Origin: Pocillopora damicornis
Lineage: Eukaryota
Direction of reading: 5' to 3'
Assembly (NCBI RefSeq): GCF_003704095.1
Contig: NW_020847750.1
Location: forward strand, 372,001-436,000
Length of the DNA stretch: 64,000 bases
Shown: piece after piece, positions 1-13,300 of the stretch
How positions within the stretch are numbered: the stretch's first letter is position 1
Layout: each line of letters begins with the position of its first letter
The notes under the pieces: generated by a model
What the model saw: only the letters and a program-made list of their open reading frames with translations
What the model was told of the DNA's origin: nothing
The model's database searches: none
Made by a program: the position numbers and the translations under genes

Positions 1-200
1 GTGCGTAACATTCTAGTGTATCCTCCATCGATTTTCTTTTCCAGATGTGTTGTTAAGGTCCAGGCAATGCTCATTTAAAGCATCCCACGCCTTTCCTAGT
101 CTGATGTTTACATCATGTTCGGTAGAGGTGATGAAGCTTCCCAGGTATTTAAAATCTTCCACTTGCTTTGTCTTCTCAACATTGAGACTCTTCATTATTC
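1..200 (-). mobile_element. Degraded non-LTR retrotransposon (RTE-like) ORF2 fragment, region C-terminal to the RT core
   Basis: Minus strand reads KQVEDFKYLGSFITSTEHDVNIRLGKAWDALN and, after a deletion/frameshift, IDGGYTRMLR. Both motifs are typical of the RT thumb and downstream region of RTE-type LINEs. Confidence 0.75.
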
Positions 201-3200
201 TCTTTATTATCCTCAGTATCTATCAGTTGCTGATTAACGGCTCCCTCTTAGTTAATACAAGTCTTGCTTAGCTCACGATGTTTATAATAATAACGAGTGG
301 CTCATTATTTTTGGTGCGTTTTGAGGCGCTTACAAACTATAGCCAAAGTCATCAAAACAGCCAATCAATCAGAAGAGAGACAACTGACGCCAAGCGAATG
401 AAACATTTAGAGCTGCCTTGAATGAAATTTCCTCAGCTTCACATGCAATACTCAGTGGTGTCGCATTTGCAGGTATGTCGAGATGATTAAATTTAGTAAC
501 GATGTCAAAATCACGCGGGGCACGAGTAGAACATTTTTACCTGAAAGGACATTAAAAGTTGATTAAGTTTCAGGTTTGCTTTGTTCCTAGTTTAATAGCC
601 TATTCATTGTTCAATTCATATAACTGAGACAGGAAATAAACGTTTTATTCTGAAAGCAAAATATTATCAAACAAACAATGAATTAAAGCAAAAACCAAGG
701 TAAATTTCAGTTGACGAATTTACGAGTGAAGAAAGGAATTGGCCATTGCGATATCAAAACAACACTTTTAAAAGCTTCCTATTCAAATAGATTGTCTGTG
801 TTGCAGAATAAATAAACAATTTATCAGAGTGGGAAAAAATACACTTTTTATACTATCTTTTTCAATTACGAAGGCACCGGAAAAACCAGGTTTTTTTTCT
901 TTGAAATACGTGCGGGAGCTTAACAACTCCCTTCTGAAAATAATTTTTAAAATTGCGTTGTCGTACATGCAATTTTTATGCAAAGAATATTCATTATTCT
1001 TATAATCAATTCTTTTTTTCCCATTTTACCATCGATCTACCAACGGATTATAATTCTGGTATAATACAGTAATGTAGCGATTATTTTTCCTTTCAGAGGA
1101 TCCGTTACGAGGGCATTAATTTTCTGCCAGAACCTCCTCAAAATTTCACTAATTATCTTTCATAATCTTTGAGATCTATCTTTCTTGTGTTATCAATATA
1201 CTTTCACTTCAGACAAGACAAGATGTTTGTTTTAAATGGACGGCGGTTTTACGCACGACTTTACATAACAACCGACTAATAGATCTTTTGTGTCCATGAA
1301 TAACTAACTAGCTTCCTGCATATTAATCCATAAAAAGGTTCGGTTGCTTCGTGTCTTTGCCAGTCTAACAATCCTGAAGAGGAGACATTTGCAAACGTTA
1401 ATTAAATGTCTTTCCTTTCAAAGACCACACACCGTTGCTACTTTTCTCTAACTGACCCCGAGCGAAAGTCACGCTGACTTCAAGTCTGTGAAGTTCAAGG
1501 TAATGAATTCATATCGTGTTTGGCCCTCATATTTTTTTTTTCTGTTAAGGGAGATGTTACTGTTTCATTTTCTCCGAGACATGATATCTATGATATACAT
1601 ATATAAACTTTTACTTTAATTTTACCTGCAAAAAATGCAAAAAAGAACATAAAATCAAAAGAGCGTTTTACTACTTAAATCTGAAGGAATCTATCGCGAA
1701 ATAACAGTTTGAATAAGATTTCGATGTGTTCCATTTTTTTATTTTGATTTAGTTAATTTTTTGACTCAGCACCGCAATCCATTGAAAATGAATTTTCAGT
1801 AAAAAAGCACTTTACGTTTACTTAGCTCAGATTATAGTTTTATCTAGTGTGTGTGATAATTCTAAAGACAATAAAAGATACAAGCACTTGCAAATTTTGG
1901 GTTCACCTTGGGCACATTATCTCAAGTACTCTTTAGCCTTTTAAAAGAAAGCCGAAAATTTTAAAATCTTTCGAAGAGATTGATGAATATTCTTAGAAGT
2001 TTTTTGGAATAAATTCCTGAAAAAAAAGCTCTTGTTATATTGCGAACCAGAAACAAAGTGCAAAGTGATGTAAAAAACCAAATTATGGTTCATAAGGAGA
2101 ACAAAAAGATGATTATTGAAAGACAAAAACATTTACCCTTAACACCAAAGAAAAATCTACATTTATTATAAATGAGGATTTCAATGAAACGTCCATTTAT
2201 AAACTGGAATTATGTTCTATGTTAAATTAATAAAAGTTTTTCGAAAGGTCTTATTTTTGTGCTCTTGACCATTACTTGTTTTTGTTCATATATATTTTTT
2301 CTAAATAATAAATGTCATCAGATGGATACAAGTAAATTATCTTCTACTTGGTTTAGCTACAATATTGCAACGTAAGTCTTTATGAAATGGAAAGATGTTA
2401 GATTTATTTGCGTAGTAAATGTAATAAGTTTCAGAACTAAGTTACTTTCCTAGAGTCCTCAGCATTAGGCGAGGTAAAGCACAGGCACCTCAAAAAGAAA
2501 ACATTGTGTGGCATCAAACTGCCAGTCAAAATGTGAGAATTTCAGGTGATAAGGCAGTATGTTTCTTTAACATGAAGAGATTTTAAAAGTAAGCTCATTG
2601 CACAAAATATCTATTTATTTAAGGAAAAGTGGATGAGAAAAATTAAAATTAGATGTGTCATACGACGCATTTAGGAAAAGGAAAGGAAATATGAACTTAT
2701 TAATAGAATTTTGGAGGCAATTTGAGAGCCTTTTTGTGGAGAGCATCCAGTGATGACATATCCGTAAGATCAATCATGCATCCGCATTAAGATTTTCCTG
2801 TGTCCCATTTCAAAGTATCGATCATGTGCTGTCACTTTCAACAGACACACATAATTACCAGCAGACACTACGTGACCGGCCGTTTCTCGGAAATAAATAA
2901 TTGGAAACAAGACAGTAGATAGCTGTCATCGGGGACGAATGAACTAAACGCTAACTGACACTGTTCTATTGACATGGCTTTGTGACTTTTGAATTCTACA
3001 TAGACTTTCTGTTTAGCTAAAGAAGTTCCGATTCAATTTTGACCTACCGTTGGCCAGCAGCGACATTAGACTCCAAGATTCGTCCATGAACATGAATGGT
3101 ATGGTTGCCAAGGAAAAAAAAAGGCGTTTGTTGTAGTTTATGTCAGAGATAGTATCAAAAGAAATGATAATAAATTGATTCAAGTAGGACCCAGAGATAG

Positions 3201-3606
3201 AAAAAGAAGAAAAAGTGGATATGAGAAATTGGAATTATTTTACTTATAATGAGCGGTATAATGCGCACAAACCGCGATAAAAACATCGCTAGATATATAT
3301 CAATTTTTTGGGCCATTTCAATTCCAAGCGGTACCTTGGAAATTAACATCCTGAAAAAAAGAACCATTATATTCACGCAGAATCGAGTGAATCTGATAGT
3401 CAAAGGTTTGATTTTGATCTCAATTTTAGAAAAAGTATTTGTTTTTATCCTGAAAATGTCAAGGTTGCGAAAGGAAATGAATGTCATTACTTTTTAATCT
3501 ACGTGCGCGTATTAAAACATTTTTAAATTCTAGTTCCGTTGTTTGCTTATTCTTTGTCTGCTTTAGATCTTACATAAACTGCCAAGACAGCGAAACCGCG
3601 ACGGCT

Positions 3607-5111
3607 ATGATGAACGTTTTTCATAATGGTAAGTTTGATGTTTTGGAAGATGAGCTAAGAAAAATGCTGGGGTGTTAGTAACCATGGTAGTATCTGACGA
3701 TTCAGTCTCGTTTTAAGTTCGGGAAGTGCAAAACTATTTATTAACTAGATTAGCGAAGAAACGAAGACCATCCCACCTTTAAAAAAAATGAAGCAATACA
3801 GTCAGTTTCCCAGGTGAAATTTGAAAACAGCAAAAAGGAAGTAGAGACGGAAAATAGTGTCTTGGAATCCAAGAAGAAAAGACGCCGATTAAAAAAAAAG
3901 GAAAATTGTAAATCTTTGTAGAAGCGGAGACGAAACGAATTACTGCTGCACCAATCTGTTCTACCGAAAGAAGTTTGGAATTCAATGAAGTCCTTTCTAC
4001 TGAATACAGCATCTTTAAAATCCCAGAGAAAATTATTTTATAATAAACTTTTTCTTCTTAACCAGATTCTGATGGGAGCGTCGGTAATGACAGCGACCTG
4101 TCACAGTCTTCAATTTCCCTGAAACTTCAAATTGGCATGACGTTTGCTTACGTCATCATCTTTATCATCTCTCTGGTAGGAAACGCTCTAATGATTTACG
4201 TCATACACAAGACGCCTCGACTCAGAACTACGACCAACCTATTGGTGGCTAATATGGCTGTAGCTGACGTAATTATCACATTTTTCGCCGTGCCTTCAAC
4301 TGTGATGTACTTATATCTACAGCATATTTGGTTATCTGGAGTGATTGGTGATATCACTTGCAAGGTCGTGCAATATGGCTTGACATTGTCAATAGCTGCC
4401 TCTGTTCTCACACACATACTGATTGCGATCGACCGTTTCATCTGCGTTGTGTTTCCTTTCAAACGCGTCACATTCTTTAAGAAAGTTAGACCGAGCTACG
4501 TATTAACCTGGTGTGCTTCGTTGCTTCTAATGAGTCCGCATCTGGTTGTTTACGACAGCGCAAAGCTACCAAACGGTAAGAGCTACTGCACAGTAAGCCG
4601 GCTTGAATATCTGTACTTTCTTGAGATTTATTATGTCTTGGTGTTTGTAACGCTCTATTTGATTCCATTGCTGTTCATTGCAACACTATACGCGTTTATC
4701 TGCCGAAAGCTATGGAGGCATAAAGTACCAGGAGTACGCTCCCCTGACCTTATTCTTAAGAGAGAATTCCAAAACAAGAACACCATCAAAATGCTTATCA
4801 TTCTGGTAATAGCATTCACATTGTGTTGGCTACCAGTTCACGTCGTACATCTACTGGAGTATTTTCGGCCTGAATTACATTTGCCTCATGTGGCATTACT
4901 TTTGTCCTTCTGGGCCTGTCACTCCCACAGCGCAATCAATCCATTACTGGTTGTATTTCTTAATGGATTGTACAGAAAAGAATGTCAAGAGAAAATTAAC
5001 AAGAAATTGGCCAGCTTATCAATCAAGAGAAGTACAGGAACAAATATAGTTTTAGCTCCACAAATGAGAACTGCAATATCCCGAGCGCCATCACCACAGG
5101 CCTTAGGATAA
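3607..5111 (+). CDS. Class A (rhodopsin-family) neuropeptide-receptor-like GPCR, ~355 aa (GPCR1)
   Basis: Coding exons 3607-3628 (MMNVFHN+G, donor gtaagt) and 4066-5111 (acceptor ttaaccag, phase 1, in frame with ORF 4137-5111). Seven hydrophobic segments, GN in TM1, NMAVAD in TM2, TM3 Cys and DRF, CWLP in TM6, NPLLV in TM7, N-terminal NDS sequons. Confidence 0.92.
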
Positions 5112-6106
5112 CTATGACCGGTACACACGGACGTTTGGGTAGTTGGGTGGGGGAACCCCTGAGTTTTCACCGAGTTTGAGATGGAAAATTTAGAAGTAAT
5201 GTAACTTTTGATAGATAGGGTACGTAAGGAGTATGGCACGGCCTCCGATGGCATTGGCCTATAGACGATAGCCTCCTAGATAGCTGCCAAAACGGCCACC
5301 AAGATGGCTGCCATGATTACTTCCAAAATGGCTACGAAGACGGATGCTAAGAATTCCTCCATCATACGTACTTAAGCACCGATGTTAGCTTGATAATAGT
5401 AAACGAACCGTTATGATGAATCTAAAATTGACACTTCTCAAACCTCAGCCGGTTAACAATTCGCCTAAGCGATATTTCCATAGCTGTTCTTAATACGTTA
5501 ATACTTGGGTTTATTTATCTATAAAGGAATATTAAATAGGGATTATCTCATAGCCTAAGGAAAAAAATGAATGCGCTTATTATGTAATTTTTCTATTTCA
5601 TACAATGATCATTGAGTTTCTATGTAAGAAGCTCATGTGAAATGACACTGAAACAAGCTAAATGGAGGTACTTAATTTTACTCAAGAAATGAACGAGAGA
5701 TTGTATAGCCGCTTAAGAAAGTGGAATCATGGTTTAAGGGCTAGGTATTTCTATGTAGCACTTAACTTTTTCCTGCCGCGCCGGTTTTTGGGATATAACA
5801 AAGCTTCCCACACAATTAAGGAAGCTTCTTTCGAGAAGTGTTGTGTAATATACCAAAGAAAGACACTAATTAAAATATAGACGCATGGACTCTAAATTGT
5901 TTGACCATAACCTTTACTAAGATACTCTTCAAAATGCCTGAGTGCATCAAGCTCTAATGACCAATTTAAAGCTCTTCCTTCGCACAAGGTTTTTGGATTG
6001 TCATACTACACCTCTACAACTTGACCATAATTCAGCGAGAGACGTTGTGTGACCATCCAAAGTAACTGCGGCGAAAGAAGAGCACTTCAGGATGTATAGG
6101 TCACAA

Positions 6107-7873
6107 TCAGTAATATTTAATGTAAACATCAACACAAACACGCCCTTGGTTGTCGCCATCATTTTTGTTTTTGAGATCTTCGCCACACCAAATGCGGAGC
6201 TCACGGTGTTTTTCCAGGTAAAATGGGACGCCAAAATTTGTGAAGACAAGCTCGTTGGAGTACGACTCATCCACCCCAGGCATCGCATACCACAGAGTCG
6301 ACAGGTCTTTGAGGTACTCCGTCCTTGGGTAGATGATATTGTTTCTCTGGTCAGTGACAATGACGTTTAGGGGCGTTTTGCTACCTGAATGACAGCCCCA
6401 GCGACTGTTGTAGGCCTTGTTTGGCGTGCATCTGGAATCACAGAACAGCGAGCTATGTTGCAATCGTTGAAGTCATTTTTTTTTCTTCGGCGTTCAAAAT
6501 CTTATTGACTTCGAAACTTTTAGCCTGTTTAAGGCATTCAGTGAGTAAATGTAGTGCGACAGAAAACGGCGTGATAACAGAGATGAAGCGAAAAAGAGAG
6601 AGAGATCTAGGTCAGGTCGGTTTAAGGTGCGAAAGCAAATCTCTATCCCCTGGTTTTTTTGCTCCGCCACTACAATCTTGCCGTTTTCTACGGCGCTCTA
6701 TTTTACAAATTGAACACTTAAAATGGACAATGAAGATTTCGTAGTGCTAGTTCACTAAGACTGGACAAGAAAACAGAAACAAAGGAGATGATAAACCAAG
6801 AACAAGTAAAGGTATCTGAGAATGGAGAAGGTTTAGAAGACGGACGGACGAACTTTAAAAGATAAGTCTGACGTGTTCACTCCTTTAGTTAACAGTAACA
6901 CGCTACCCCTCTCGGAAAATTGCTTCACTGTGATTGGTTTAAAATTTTTCTTGTTTGATGACTGCTAGAAGTAAAATGGTGGTTATGCACTGAGGTAACT
7001 ATAGCTACTAAAGCTCTTTAATTCATTAATTCAATCAGTAGGGTTGGGAGAAATTTCTAGATGGTTAAAGTGTTAAGAAACAGTAAAGTGCTGATATAGT
7101 TACACAACGTCAATCCCAATTTCAGATTGCAGTGTCATCACTTGTGAGGAAATTTATAAATTTGCTATGTTTCGATTTGCGAAATTATCCATCTCGCTTC
7201 TACTCTAAGATTCCCATATCTTTTTCTAACTCACCGGATTTCACCACCTCTGTACACCAATTTCATGGCAGCCACCAAGCGAGGCTCGGAGAGGAAGTTG
7301 TATATTGTTCCATGACGGTCCCCGCTGCACTCAAAGCACACCTGTCGCAGGTTCAGCTGTGCCCACTCGAATGACTTGTTTCCTAAGCAACAAAATATCA
7401 TGTTATAAAGCTACTGTGAAAAAAGGAACTTGTCAGAATTATAACTACAGGTTATAAATGAAAAATCTTTGGAAAGTTTCACATCAGTAGGAGAGGTGAA
7501 ACAAAACTTTATTTTGCAGCACTATCGAGTGCCTCTTTCATTATGAGAATTTTCCTTGAAAGAGGCAGTTATTGTTTATAGAGAAAAATGTGTATAAAAG
7601 GATCGTCTTGGTTCTCCTTCTCAAATTTCCAAAAAAAAATAAGAAGACGGCATACGCTTGTAAACAAAAGAATATAAAATTATCTTACTCTTTCTTTTAA
7701 ATGAATATGATGAGTTCAAAATTGTATTGTTTCCTTAGTTATTTTCTTCTAACGATTTTTAGGTTGTCTAAAGAAACTTTTTGTTTTCCACTTGTAATAA
7801 AAACGTTAACTTTTATTATCACTCTTTCTAGAGAGTTTTGCGAGTCAAAAACGTAAGCAATGAGTAGCTTTAC

Positions 7874-7916
<43 letters not shown>

Positions 7917-8415
7917 CTGTCTGATGATCGCGAAAGCGTGAAACTCAGAGTCACAGAAAAGTTGTCTTATTGATTTGTCCAACTTACATATATATATATA
8001 TATATATGACGTTGTATATATATATATATATACACATGTATATATTATATATATATGACGTTGTCAGTGATCCTTTTTTTTCCGCAATGTTAAGACTAAC
8101 GTCCGATCCTTTAATTTTTTTATTTTCTAGTACACATTATTATCAGAAATATCTCTATGGATATTCTAACATTTCATATCACAAAAAACTTGGCCTTTAG
8201 AGTATCCGGATTGCTTATGGAAACTATAGATTGGAACATATTATCAGAAATCTCTTCGCAAGGAATTGTGTTTTTCTGGGTCATTTCGATTTATACTCAA
8301 ACTTGATATAAATGTAGGCATTTAATAAAAATAATCTTAAACGTAAGTGGTACTCACCCGGCTGTTGTGTAAAACTTGGAACTGTAAAGCAAAGCAGAAC
8401 CAAAATCAAAAGCAT
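6107..8415 (-). CDS. Small secreted protein A (~176 aa): signal peptide plus one Cys-containing domain of unknown function
   Basis: Exons 8415-8358 (MLLILVLLCFTVPSFTQQP+G, gtgagt), 7382-7235 (GNKSFEWAQLNLRQVCFECSGDRHG...LVAAMKLVYRGGEIR, gtgagt) and 6431-6107 (CTPNKAYNSRWGC...IWCGEDLKNKNDGDNQGRVCVDVYIKYY*). Phases 1 and 2 are consistent; aligns along its length with protein B. Confidence 0.88.
7878..8055. repeat. (TA)n microsatellites in intron 1 of gene A
   Basis: TA runs at ~7878-7915 and ~7988-8055. Confidence 0.9.
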
Positions 8416-10383
8416 TGTTGTAGTTTCGTTCTTCCCGGTGAGACCAGTTCTTTTCTGTAAAGCACTTCTTTGTCCAATGATTTTGTCGAGTAAAGAGGAC
8501 GAGATTTTTATTGAAAGAATGTTTACTTTCCTATTCAATTAATTGACAGTTCTAATTAAAGAAAATGAATTCTTTTTTATTGCAATCAAGACGAGAAGAC
8601 ATTAATGAGAGACCATACTTACATCATTTTAAAATCTTAAGATGTAAAAAGCTTCGGTTTTCAACCAAGAATTTGTTTACGTGTCTCATGGCTTTTTTTT
8701 TTTTAAGGAAAGCGATTGCTTTCCCTGGCGACGTTAGGGAAACTGCTAACCGGTTAGAGATTATATGATTTCTAATAATTAAGTAATCAACCCTGCCCTA
8801 GATAAATATTGACATCAATATACAAGAAAAAGAGCGCAGATTGGCTTGAAACAAATCATTTTTATTTCTACATGTGATCATGATAGCGATTTTAAGATTT
8901 TTATTCCACAGATCTATAGTCGAATGCATTGAGAATTGAAGATAACTCTTCTTTAATCAAATGCTCCCAATCTATGTTGTGTTATTTTATAATTAGAAAT
9001 TGTCGTTCTATTTGCCTTTTCTGGTTAATAAAACCGAAAAGCCAACAGTCTCCGTTGTGAATTAACCAATATATATTAAAGACGAGTTTAACAAGGAAAT
9101 ATTTTTAATTAGCTCAACACGGCAATTTTAAATTAAATAAGGTCGCGTTATTTCTGGTAAAATCACGAGGAAAAAATTCTTAAATCTGCATTTATTTGGT
9201 TGTTTGCGTTTCGAGAATTGACTTCAACAGATTGTGACAAACAGCCTTTCATGTATCCAGGAGAATGGGAGGAGCTTTGTCAGTCCACTAGTAAATATAA
9301 GCCATTTTTCTGTATTTGATCCGTGTTTGAGATGGCTTCAGTAAAACAGAACTACACGAGCCCTAGAAGAGTAGTAATACAAGCGTCAATATCTACGGGT
9401 GCCTCTTGGGGGGATTGGGACAAGAAGGCGGCAAACACTTCAGACTAACTGTCTTTTTACTATTCAGAGAGAATTACGAAATTTAAGATTTTTTGCAATA
9501 AGTGCATGCCTCGATCCCAACATGCCAAGGGTAAGGTCCGAATGATCGACTCTCGTAATTCCTTTGAGAGTCAGTCGTTAAACATCGGTGAATCTATTCC
9601 TGGTGCTATCTGATTGGCTACAGTGCTCGCTATCTATTCTGTGATAGACATTGAGTAGAATAAGTGGCCCAAAAGTGTACAGCCGTTGGCAGAATGAATA
9701 GAAATGCGAATCTGTGTTGTAGCTAAGTTTTAAAAAAAAAATTTTAAATTAAAATTAAACTTCGCTATCGGTTTCTACATTTTAGTTCACTGGGGCTTCG
9801 TCGTCATGAGCTTTCACGCGACGTAAACCTAAGTCGAGTTCATCATCATTGTAAAATGTTTACTCCATTTTCTTAAAGTACCATGGAAAATATCAACTGA
9901 AAATACAATTCGTTTGAAAATAAGAATACGTGCGTGTTCATGAAGATATGCGTGATGGAAAAGATTAACTAACTTCGACTTTGATTGTTTTTCTTTTGTT
10001 TTTCTTTGATTTTGTGGGAATTGCTTTGGAAATGGTTCATCGTCGTACAAAAATGTGACAATTGTAAACAGTTTTACAATATCGCCATAGTAAAAGACAC
10101 ACACGCTTTGCAACTGTTCTCCCATCAAATAAAACTTTGTTTTTCATGTTTAACTCTTTTCCAAGAAGACATTCTTTTTTATTTAATCAAGGTACATTGT
10201 TTGCGCTTAGGTAAGAGTCAGTTTACTTTTCCAATAAAACTTCCGTGTCAAATTTACTAGCTTCACTTGCACAGAGTACATCACAACATCAGCATCATAT
10301 ACCTGCATCACTTCCGAATCCGAGAAAAATTGGAAGATTATCCGAGAAGTTGTCACAGAAGCACTTGGTATCGTGTTGCAAGA

Positions 10384-13300
10384 ATGATCTTTAAATTTCT
10401 TTTCATCGTTACCATTAGCAGTGTAATTGCAAACGGTAGGCCTATCATTGATTTTCTAAGTTAAACCTAAATGGTAGGACAACTTCTTGGTAATACAACG
10501 ACCAGTTGCAAAAAAAATTGAGACACATTGAGCAAAAACTTTGTTTACCTCCTACTACAGATAGCTAACAAGTAATTGTGTGCTAAAAAACCAAAAGCTT
10601 CCCCCCTTCCCCGATTTAATGTTGACCATCAAAGTTTTTTCATAGTACTGCTTAGTTAACAACATTGCTAAGGGGGAAGAGGTGGAAAACATTATTTTGG
10701 ATCACATGGTGAACAATTATTGCTTGTCGTGGTAACCTGTCTCAACTACTTTTGCGACTGGTTGAAACTCGGTCTCTTCGAAAGCAGGGGGGTAGCTTTG
10801 TAAAGAAACTGTGTTAAATCGCTCTGACGAAGGGCTAACGCTCGAAAAGTCAGCTTTGCTACTCTTTACGGTGACCAATTTACGTTATCAACTCAGTTGA
10901 TAATACTAAATTGGCTTCTTTGAAAGCGCTCGCGTTTAGTAAATTAAAATACGTATTGAAAGATTGGTCAACGTTTTGGACGCCAACTTGGAATAAAATC
11001 TAGATAAAATCTATTCACATGATGAAAACGCGATCGAAACGCGCCTTGACTATATGCAATCAAATTGCTTGGTAAAAGTTAATGATTTGATGCCGATTTT
11101 TATCGAATAAACGTCCGCGCTAATTAATCTCTGAGTTCATTAACTAACCAAAGTTTAGGAAAATCATCGCTGCTTCTATTATCAACCATTTGAACTGCCA
11201 AGCAACGATCTGCATCCTGAAAATATGCTACTGCAATTTAAATTTAAACGGCAACAGATGTTTGATTCGTTTCTCAAAAAAGATACATCTCAAATATCAA
11301 ATATGGCTCAGTGTTACCTAAAGGCGTCCATACACCCATAACACAAAGTTGTCTGTCAAAGGGTAATGAGTTCAACTACGCAAACTGATTCATATTTTAG
11401 AGGTCAAATTATCTTGGATCGAACGTGCATTCTGTACTTTATGACGTCATGTATCGTTACAGTAAGGATTCTCACTCAGCTTTACCTACAAGTAATTCAA
11501 TGGTTGGCAAATTTCTAGCGTTTCAACTTTCTTTACAGCTCTGCAAGAGGACGATTGGAAACAGCTCAGTTTGTTTCCAGTGTGTGTCAGGCCAAGAGAT
11601 AAAGGTTATGGCCATTTGCAGTACCACGGCAAGAGTAAACTGGTAGCAGCATTGAAACTGAAGCATCAGACTGGGAAGATCAGGTGAGAAAAATGCTGTG
11701 CGTCGTGCCTCTGGTTTCAGGCTCGGAGCCTGTCTAGGACCACGGTTGTGTTTTCAGGCAGGGTCATTCCCATCCGCAATGCCTGTCGATTTCCAGCCAA
11801 GACTGGCGAAAGTACCAGTGAATTGTCAAAACCTCCAGATGACGAAAGTGTTCGGAGCAAGTTAACACCGGTAATAAACTTGCCTACCATCTAGTGTAAT
11901 ACCTTTCTATCTATATGTTTATAAGACAAGGAAAGCGATGCCTCAACAATGCCTGCATCTGATACACTGTTCTCTATGCGAGGAATCCTTCGAACTCCTT
12001 ACTATGTTTCCACGAGGCTCGACAACTCTTTCCTTATTTTTTCTTGCAAAAGTGGCTACATACATCAAAAGGGTATGGAAGCCATGATAAGTCTATTGGG
12101 AATATAGTGGGGGCGCAAAGGCCGGTGGTTGATTACGCTTTTTTTCTTCAAGCGAATCAAAAAAAGCTTTTTATCAGATCTGGAAATGTCTTACTCGGCA
12201 TTGGCCAAACATAATAGCCCTGAAGAAATCAGAAAGCATGATGTAGCGTCCATATTCAACTATATAATTGCGAGACTTTCTAATTGCTTCCTAAAGGTGT
12301 ACCAATAATGAGGCTTTCGACAGCAATTGGGGCTGTGCCAAAGAGAATGGATTCAACATCATTGTTACCGACGAATCTAACCATGTGATCTATCCGCGCG
12401 AAGAGCTTATCAAAGATTCTTCTGGAATGTGGTATTACCTACCACTGGCTGACGCAATGTAAGAAGGAAATCTTCAATATCTAGATCTATGATTGCTAAT
12501 CAAGTTAAATCATAAAAGTTGCCAGCCATCCAATTTTTAATTAACACAGTTAATCAGTCAGTCAGTCAGTTGTTTAGAAAGTCTGACAAACCGACTTTTA
12601 GACATAATTTGGTTTTATCACTTGAGTTGATAATGTAAATCAGCCACCGTGAAGAGTTTCTTAGCTGACGCTTCGAGCGTTAGCCCTTCTTCAGTGCGAA
12701 TGACGAAGGGATAATGCTCGTAACGTCAGCTCAGAAACTCTTTACGGTGGCCAATTCACATTATCAACTAAGTTGATAATACTAAATTACCTTGTTATAC
12801 TTCCCCACCGACGCAGCACCACGGTTTCTTTAGAAACTGACCTCCTTTATTCAGGCAGTCAGTCGGTTAGTCAAACAATGTAAGGCAGTCCGACAGACAG
12901 GCAGTTAGTCGGAGTCAGACTGACGATCAGAAAGCCAGTCAGTCAGAGGATCAGTCGGTGAGTAAGTCGATCAAACAGTTCCTCGATGAGTCAGTCTGTA
13001 GGGGACTCAGTAAATCAGTCAATCAGTTATTCCGCGATTCAACCAGTCTGTGGGTCGGTCTGTTAATTAAAACTTTGAGTGCACCTCTGGCTCCGTTTAA
13101 GTCGCCCAAATCCCTTTTCAAACAGTAAGTAGCTCAGCCTGTCGGGATGTCAATTTGTAAATCACTCAGTATTTTAGTAAGTCAGACAATGAGTCAGCCA
13201 TTGCCCCAGTCTCTTAAGTCCGTTAGTTACAATTGGTCGACCTCACACTCGGCCATCCAGTCGACATTTAAGAAAGTCAGCCAGTTAGTCAATCAGTGAT

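Noticed and set aside
6001-6370. ORFs 6001-6360(-) and 6092-6370(+)
   Set aside because: Alternative-frame and antisense shadows of gene A exon 3.
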